Positions 58,861 to 64,000 of a stretch of DNA of 64,000 nucleotides are shown here, in pieces; within the stretch, counting starts at the first letter, position 1; each line of letters opens with the position of its first letter. The position numbers and the translations under genes were made by a program. Origin of the DNA: an uncultured cyanobacterium (GTDB lineage Bacteria > Cyanobacteriota > Cyanobacteriia > Phormidesmidales > Phormidesmidaceae); contig CAWDNC010000009.1 of assembly GCA_963803535.1 (NCBI GenBank), positions 140,571 to 204,570 on the forward strand. Reading direction: 5' to 3'. The notes beneath the pieces were generated by a model. That model was not told the DNA's origin. It did no database searches and saw only the letters and a list, made by a program, of their open reading frames with translations.

Positions 58861-58995
58861 TCAACACATCCCTCTAAAATACCGCATTAGAAAACGGCAG
58901 CAAAAGAAAACTGACACAGCTTTTGATGCAATCGGTCATATTCCTGACACATGCCATCGCTATATTAGTCACATCTTCAAAAGAGGCCACTTGTT
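58861..58995 (+). promoter_or_regulatory. Conserved upstream region of small gene copy 2, divergent from the response regulator
   Basis: GACAC 58913, GTCAT 58935, GACAC 58946, GTCAC 58968 (offsets 0/22/33/55). Confidence 0.75.
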
Positions 58996-59178
58996 ATGAA
59001 ACTTCTCAACGGACTTGTTAGCTCTCTCGGATATCTCGCTGAAGGGTCACTAGAACTCTTTAGCCCCAACCACGACTCATACCCTACCGTAGGTATACAG
59101 CCCTACAGCGGTGAAGCCTATCGTCCTTCTAAAAAGTCTCACTATCAAGACCCGGTTGCTAAAATGACACCTTCTTAA
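58996..59178 (+). CDS. 60-aa small protein, copy 2
   Basis: Paralogue of 47417-47599. Confidence 0.85.
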   Translation: MKLLNGLVSSLGYLAEGSLELFSPNHDSYPTVGIQPYSGEAYRPSKKSHYQDPVAKMTPS

Positions 59179-59311
59179 TTACAAGTACTTCTGTCCTCAA
59201 ATATCTTAATAAAGCATTCAAGACTCACACCTTTATATTGGGGCATTTATCGTTCTGTGATGAGTGCCCTTTTCTGTTGTTATTTATTCTCAACGTTTAC
59301 GTGAATTAATC

Positions 59312-59342
59312 AAAGTCCGGAGAAATTCTTCGGACTTTTTTT
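59312..59342. terminator. Probable bidirectional intrinsic terminator
   Basis: AAAGTCCG...CGGACTTT stem followed by a T-run, between convergent genes. Confidence 0.7.
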
Positions 59343-59372
59343 CTGCTTCCTGTTTAACAACTCTGTATTAGG

Positions 59373-60071
59373 CTAAGAGCCTTGTAGGACAAGAATGACG
59401 GCTTGGGTGCGATCGCGTACATTCAGCTTTTGCAAAACAGCATGAACATGCACGCGCACCGTCCCAACCGTAATGTTTAACCATTCAGCAATCTCCTGGT
59501 TGTTATGTCCCTGTGCCATCAGAGATAAAATCTCTCGTTCTCGCTGCGTCAGTAAATTCATACCATCAGCAGTTGATTCTCGACGCGGTAGTGCGTCAGC
59601 TTTTAAGCCAGATATAGACGGCTCGCTTGTTTTCGACTGAGCAGCATAGGCTGTATGAATTTCTTTTGTGCTGCGCCGATCCCACCAAGAGGCTCCAGCA
59701 GCGACCGATCGCAAAGCCAAAAACAGCGTATCTGCCTCAATTCCTTTAAGGCAGAAACCGCTAGCCCCTGCGGCGATGAGCTGTTCTATCAGCGACTTTT
59801 GAGAATGCGCCGTTAAAACAAGAATGGGAAGGTCGGGATGCTGTTGCTTGATGCGGCGACAGGTTTCTACGCCACCGATACCCGGCAGTCCTACATCGAG
59901 GAGTACAACGTCCGGCTGTGTATGGTTGGTAAGGGCGATCGCGCTTTCACTATCCACGGCTTCTGCCACCACCTGAAGAGAATTCTCTCGCTGAAAGCGA
60001 GTAGAGAGTCCTAAGCGAAATAGCTCATCATCTTCAACAATAAGAATCCGCAGCGTTTTTTCAACGGTCAT
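59373..60071 (-). CDS. NarL/LuxR-family response regulator
   Basis: ILIVEDD, LLDVGLPG, LT.RE.EIL.L.AQG.NN.EIAE.L.ITVGTVRVHV. Confidence 0.95.
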   Translation of the reverse strand: MTVEKTLRILIVEDDELFRLGLSTRFQRENSLQVVAEAVDSESAIALTNHTQPDVVLLDVGLPGIGGVETCRRIKQQHPDLPILVLTAHSQKSLIEQLIAAGASGFCLKGIEADTLFLALRSVAAGASWWDRRSTKEIHTAYAAQSKTSEPSISGLKADALPRRESTADGMNLLTQREREILSLMAQGHNNQEIAEWLNITVGTVRVHVHAVLQKLNVRDRTQAVILVLQGS

Positions 60072-61191
60072 GGGTCGTCGCCGGTAGACAGCAGTAAAAG
60101 ATTGCGCCCTGCACGCTAGAGGAAGGAGAACTAGACTCGGCGGAATTCTCAGCCCAAATTTTACCGCCGTGGGCTTCAATAATTTGACGGCTGAGATAAA
60201 GCCCCAGTCCGTAGCCTTTACCCTGACGGCCGCTATGGCCTTGATAGAACCGGATGAAAAGGTAAGGCAGCTCTCGAGGGTCGATACCGGGGCCGCAGTC
60301 TCGAATTTGTATCTGCCACTGGCGTTCGTAGCGGTATTCAGCAGTTTGTAAAATGACCTCTACCTGCGTGCCTGTCGGTGTGTGGCTGATTGCGTTGGCA
60401 AGAAGGTTTTCAAAAACGCGCCGTAGCTGTAGCGCGTCACCTGAGATCCAGAACTCTGGGCTTTTGGGCGTCAGATTGACTTGAACCTGACGAGACTGGG
60501 CTAGCGAGGTGAGGGCGGTGATTGTATCCGTCAGTAGCGATCGCAGCTCAACCGGCGATCGCGCCAAGCTCAAACCCTCTGCATCGTTGCGATAAACATC
60601 CAGCATGGCTTCGACTAGCTGTAGGGTGTCGTCGTGCGATCGCGCCATCAAATCTAAAACCTGGTGCTGGCCTGAGCTAACGCTCCCGAACTGCTCCAGT
60701 CGAAAAGACTTTATCGTTTCAATTGCGCCCAAAAGTGGCGTCTTGAGATCGTGAGTTAGCGTAGAGGCAAAATCTTCTCGAAGCTCGGCAAGCTGCGCTT
60801 GGGTGCGAATATGCGCCTGCTGCTGGGCAATCTCACTTTCATAAAAGCGGTTGCGCTCGGTGAGATAGCCGGTGATGAGTAGGGCTGCGATCGCAATTAA
60901 GCGGTTCGCCAGCGTCGGCAAACTACGAAGCTCAACGCTTGGAAATACCAGGTTGAATAAAGTCAGCGCTGCCGCCGCTAAGGTGACGCTCACAACCTGT
61001 CGGCGGCCCAGGTGGCGATAAGTCAGGATAATCGCACCCGTATACAAATAGCCAAAAACATAGACTGAAGGCGTTGTGTACTCCAGCCAAATAACGGCTA
61101 AAAAGATAATCGTAATCCAACCATAAACCGACTGCCGCCGCCGAATAGATAGAGGCCATAAGCGCGACTTTTTCGGAGCAATAGGCGTCAT
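60061..61191 (-). CDS. Membrane sensor histidine kinase
   Basis: N-terminal TM segments; THDLKTPL, RVFENLLANAI, DCGPG, GYGLGL. Confidence 0.93.
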   Translation of the reverse strand: MTPIAPKKSRLWPLSIRRRQSVYGWITIIFLAVIWLEYTTPSVYVFGYLYTGAIILTYRHLGRRQVVSVTLAAAALTLFNLVFPSVELRSLPTLANRLIAIAALLITGYLTERNRFYESEIAQQQAHIRTQAQLAELREDFASTLTHDLKTPLLGAIETIKSFRLEQFGSVSSGQHQVLDLMARSHDDTLQLVEAMLDVYRNDAEGLSLARSPVELRSLLTDTITALTSLAQSRQVQVNLTPKSPEFWISGDALQLRRVFENLLANAISHTPTGTQVEVILQTAEYRYERQWQIQIRDCGPGIDPRELPYLFIRFYQGHSGRQGKGYGLGLYLSRQIIEAHGGKIWAENSAESSSPSSSVQGAIFYCCLPATTHDR

Positions 61192-61423
61192 AGCCGTAGT
61201 TTGGAAGCTTAAATCAAAGGTTTGCAGGCAGCCGCTGTAGCTGCCTATATCAAATGATATAGAGATATGCGCCGCTTAACAGCTGAGGCACTAGCAGATA
61301 GCTGCATTTTCCTATATCTATTCATATAGCGCACAAATATATTGCCTGATATATTCACAAGCTGAGGGAAAAGCGACAGGATAAAAGCCTGCAAAGTCCA
61401 CCCGCTTTTGTTTTGACTCCCTT

Positions 61424-63337
61424 ATGAAGCTACAGGCCAAAATCCTATCGGGCTACGCTGCGAGCTTAATGCTGGTTGTGCTGGTAGGGCTTTGGGGTGT
61501 CTTTAATCTCAGGCAGCTAGGGCAGGCTAGCAGAAATATTTTGCAGGACAACTATCGCAGCATTCGCGCAGCTGATGGCATGATTGACGCGTTAGAACGC
61601 CAGGACAGCGCCACTTTAATTCTGTTACTAAACGATGCCGCCTCGGGCCGCGCCCTTTTTCAAGAAAATGAAATTCTCTTTTTGCAGCGGCTGGGTCGTG
61701 CCAAGGATAACGTCACGCTCGACAATGAGGCAAAAACGCTAGAAACGCTAGAGACAGCCTATATCAGCTATCTAACCCGCGTTGATGAACTCACGCTACT
61801 CGCAGGAGAAGCTCAGCCAGAAAATAGCGATATCGCTGTGTATGAAGCTCAGGTGCGTCCTGCCTTTCAAACCGTCCGAGACGCCGCAACGCAGCTCCGC
61901 GACCTTAACCAAGAGGCGATGAGCCTAGCCTCACAGCGAGCTAGCGTCACCTCTCGAAACGCAATTCTTTCGGTCGCGATCGCTGGTTTCACAGCCTCAC
62001 TCATAGGCCTTATCATCAGCTGGATTCTCTCTCGCAATCTGGTTCGTCCCGTTCAGGCAATGTACAGCGCCACTGAGCAAATCGCCGATGGCAATTACGA
62101 CATTCAGCTCGACGTGAATACGACCGATGAGCTAGGCCAGCTAGCGAGAGAAATCAACGAGATGAGTCAGCGGCTTCAATCTTTTAAGGCGCTGAACCTT
62201 AACAAGCTTGTTGCCGAAAAGCAGCGAAGTGAGGCGATTATTCATAGCCTGACGGACGGTATTGTTGTAATTGACGATCGGCTGCACGTGGTTGCTATTA
62301 ACCCAGTAGCCGCCGCTATATTTGAAACCAAACCCAGCCTTGCCCAAGGTCGCCACTGCCTAGAAATTATTGAGAACAAGGGGCTATATACTCAAATTCA
62401 GTCAGCGCTCTCTCACAGGGCCACCGCAGAGGCTACAGACACTCAATCTGCTGAGACTCAATCTGAGCTAACCGTTGAAGGCGTTACAACAGAACACTAT
62501 CAGTATCTCATCACCCCAGTTACAACAGAAGAGCATCAACAGCTAGGCGTCGTGCTACTGCTGCAAAATGTGACTAACTTAAAACAGCTCGACCAGCTCA
62601 AAAGTGAGTTTGTAATGACCGCCTCTCATGAGCTAAGAACGCCGCTCACCGGCATGGCCATGAGCATAGACCTGCTGCAAGAAACCGCACAGACAAAGCT
62701 GTCTGAGGTAGAGCAAGAGCTGCTAAAAACAGCTCAGGAAGACGTTCAGCGACTAAGAGATCTTGTCAATGATCTCTTAGATCTTTCTAAAATAGAATCT
62801 GGCAAAATTGATCTCGACATTGAAGTAGTCGATCCTAAGCAAATCATTGAAAAGGCAGTTGACCTGCTAAAAGTTCAGTCAGATAAAAAAGAGATTGAGG
62901 TGAGTACTCAGATAGCAAACAATCTCTCTCAAGTGAACGCTGATCCTAACAAAGTGACCTGGGTGCTCACCAACCTAATTGCCAACGCGCTGCGCTACGC
63001 AAATAGCACCATAGAAATTACCGCAAAGCCTCACGGCAGCTGGATTTCTATCACAGTTATAGACGACGGCCCCGGCATTGATCCTGCCTACCAAAGCAAA
63101 ATATTCGATAAGTTTGTGCAGGTAAAAACAGAAAAGGACGTGGGTGGAACAGGACTTGGGCTCGCCATCTGCAAGGAAATGATCAAAGCCCACGGTGGCA
63201 CCATCTGGGTTGATTCAACACCTGGTCACGGCTGTAAATTCGCGTTCACACTACCCGCTGTATCGGCGTCCGCTGCTTCCGTCTCTCAAACGTCTACATC
63301 CCAAACCTCTATATCACAGGAGATTCACCATGCCTGA
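61424..63337 (+). CDS. Sensor histidine kinase (periplasmic helical bundle, HAMP, PAS, HisKA, HATPase)
   Basis: NYRSI.AA..MIDALERQDS, DELGQLA, SHELRTPL, WVLTNLIANA, DDGPG, GTGLGL. Confidence 0.93.
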   Translation: MKLQAKILSGYAASLMLVVLVGLWGVFNLRQLGQASRNILQDNYRSIRAADGMIDALERQDSATLILLLNDAASGRALFQENEILFLQRLGRAKDNVTLDNEAKTLETLETAYISYLTRVDELTLLAGEAQPENSDIAVYEAQVRPAFQTVRDAATQLRDLNQEAMSLASQRASVTSRNAILSVAIAGFTASLIGLIISWILSRNLVRPVQAMYSATEQIADGNYDIQLDVNTTDELGQLAREINEMSQRLQSFKALNLNKLVAEKQRSEAIIHSLTDGIVVIDDRLHVVAINPVAAAIFETKPSLAQGRHCLEIIENKGLYTQIQSALSHRATAEATDTQSAETQSELTVEGVTTEHYQYLITPVTTEEHQQLGVVLLLQNVTNLKQLDQLKSEFVMTASHELRTPLTGMAMSIDLLQETAQTKLSEVEQELLKTAQEDVQRLRDLVNDLLDLSKIESGKIDLDIEVVDPKQIIEKAVDLLKVQSDKKEIEVSTQIANNLSQVNADPNKVTWVLTNLIANALRYANSTIEITAKPHGSWISITVIDDGPGIDPAYQSKIFDKFVQVKTEKDVGGTGLGLAICKEMIKAHGGTIWVDSTPGHGCKFAFTLPAVSASAASVSQTSTSQTSISQEIHHA

Positions 63338-63980
63338 GACTACTATCCTGGTTGCCGACGATGAAAAAAGTATTCGTCTCACCATTCAGCAAGCGCTTTC
63401 TACGCAGGGCTACAAGGTGAACACTGCCGTCGATGGCCGTACGGCTTTAGAACAGCTCGAAGCTGACCCTACCGATCTGCTGCTACTAGATATTCAAATG
63501 CCTGGGATGGACGGGATTGAAGTGCTGCAAGCGGCAATGGCACAGCAGCCCTCGCTAAAGGTGATTATGGTATCGGCCCACGGCTCTATCGACAGCGCGG
63601 TAGATGCGATGAAGCTAGGCGCAGTGGACTATCTGCAAAAGCCGTTTACGCCCTCTGAGCTGAGAGAAGCGGTAGACCGAGTGCTTAACCGCGAGGCGAT
63701 GCCCGCCGATGATTATGATGCGCAGATTGAGCAGGCTCGGGGGATGGCGAGCAATAGTCAGTATGAGGATGCGATCGCCCTGGCAAAACAGTGCATCGGC
63801 TCCCATCCTGAAAATGCCGCTGGATTCAACCTACTCGGTGAGCTGTTAGAAGCCAGTGGCGATCAGGCTGAAGCGCTCAAAAACTATCGCGTCGCGTTGG
63901 ATTTAGACCCCACTTGCAAATCAGCTAGCGACAACCTAAGTCGAGCGGCCATGAACCCCAAGTCTAGGCCTAGTTTCTAA
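63330..63980 (+). CDS. Response regulator with C-terminal TPR (no DNA-binding domain)
   Basis: ILVADDE, LLDIQMPG, YLQKPF; TPR 'AAGFNLLGELLEASGDQAEALKNYRVALDLDP'; ATG overlaps the kinase stop region. Confidence 0.9.
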   Translation: MPETTILVADDEKSIRLTIQQALSTQGYKVNTAVDGRTALEQLEADPTDLLLLDIQMPGMDGIEVLQAAMAQQPSLKVIMVSAHGSIDSAVDAMKLGAVDYLQKPFTPSELREAVDRVLNREAMPADDYDAQIEQARGMASNSQYEDAIALAKQCIGSHPENAAGFNLLGELLEASGDQAEALKNYRVALDLDPTCKSASDNLSRAAMNPKSRPSF

Positions 63981-64000
63981 ATCCATTGTTCATCCAAGCA

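Larger units (their letters stand above)
1..64000. repeat. HIP1 octamer GCGATCGC dispersed through the window
   Basis: Dozens of occurrences (e.g. 383, 1660, 1942, 2432, 2771); conspicuously sparse across the TIR gene (32.5-35.7 kb). Confidence 0.9.

Noticed and set aside
116-63806. Numerous short ORFs overlapping assigned genes on other frames or strands
   Set aside because: Shadow ORFs of well-supported coding regions, with no independent motifs.
1-64000. Abundant GCGATCGC palindromes
   Set aside because: Standard cyanobacterial HIP1; informative only for taxonomy.

Overview
Cyanobacterial chromosomal segment, judged from the dense GCGATCGC (HIP1) octamers, the fbp-zwf-opcA cluster and cyanobacterial protein families. 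I recognised no rRNA, tRNA or CRISPR array. The first ~29 kb is mostly housekeeping (dnaJ-type chaperone, malQ, ridA, glmU, fbp-zwf-opcA, dps, gatB, Lhr-like helicase, GlcNAc 2-epimerase, arfB, cysH, racemase), interrupted by a decayed AlbA_2 gene and a single-ORF MNT-HEPN fusion. 29-48 kb is accessory: a DUF2887 nuclease-like gene, a secreted beta-propeller, an LRR-Roc-COR-TIR gene with 13 near-identical 69-bp repeats, a divergent small gene behind a structured leader, an S8 protease, RTX-like and YD-repeat proteins, and a transposase remnant. 47.4-59.2 kb is a block (mscS, MMPL transporter, lipoprotein, PepSY-TM, feoA-feoB-feoC, OmpR-type two-component system) bracketed by two inverted paralogous copies of a 60-aa gene with conserved promoters that carry 11-bp-phased G[AT]CA[CT] boxes. 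Two further two-component systems end the window. Nine frameshifts in seven genes are each repaired by removing one base, which suggests uncorrected sequencing insertions. Best leads: (1) the LRR-Roc-COR-TIR receptor whose repeats vary combinatorially, mainly at the predicted ligand-facing residues; (2) the inverted small-protein duplication and shared phased operator around the feo/MMPL block; (3) the attenuator-like leader and small ORF divergent from the TIR gene.
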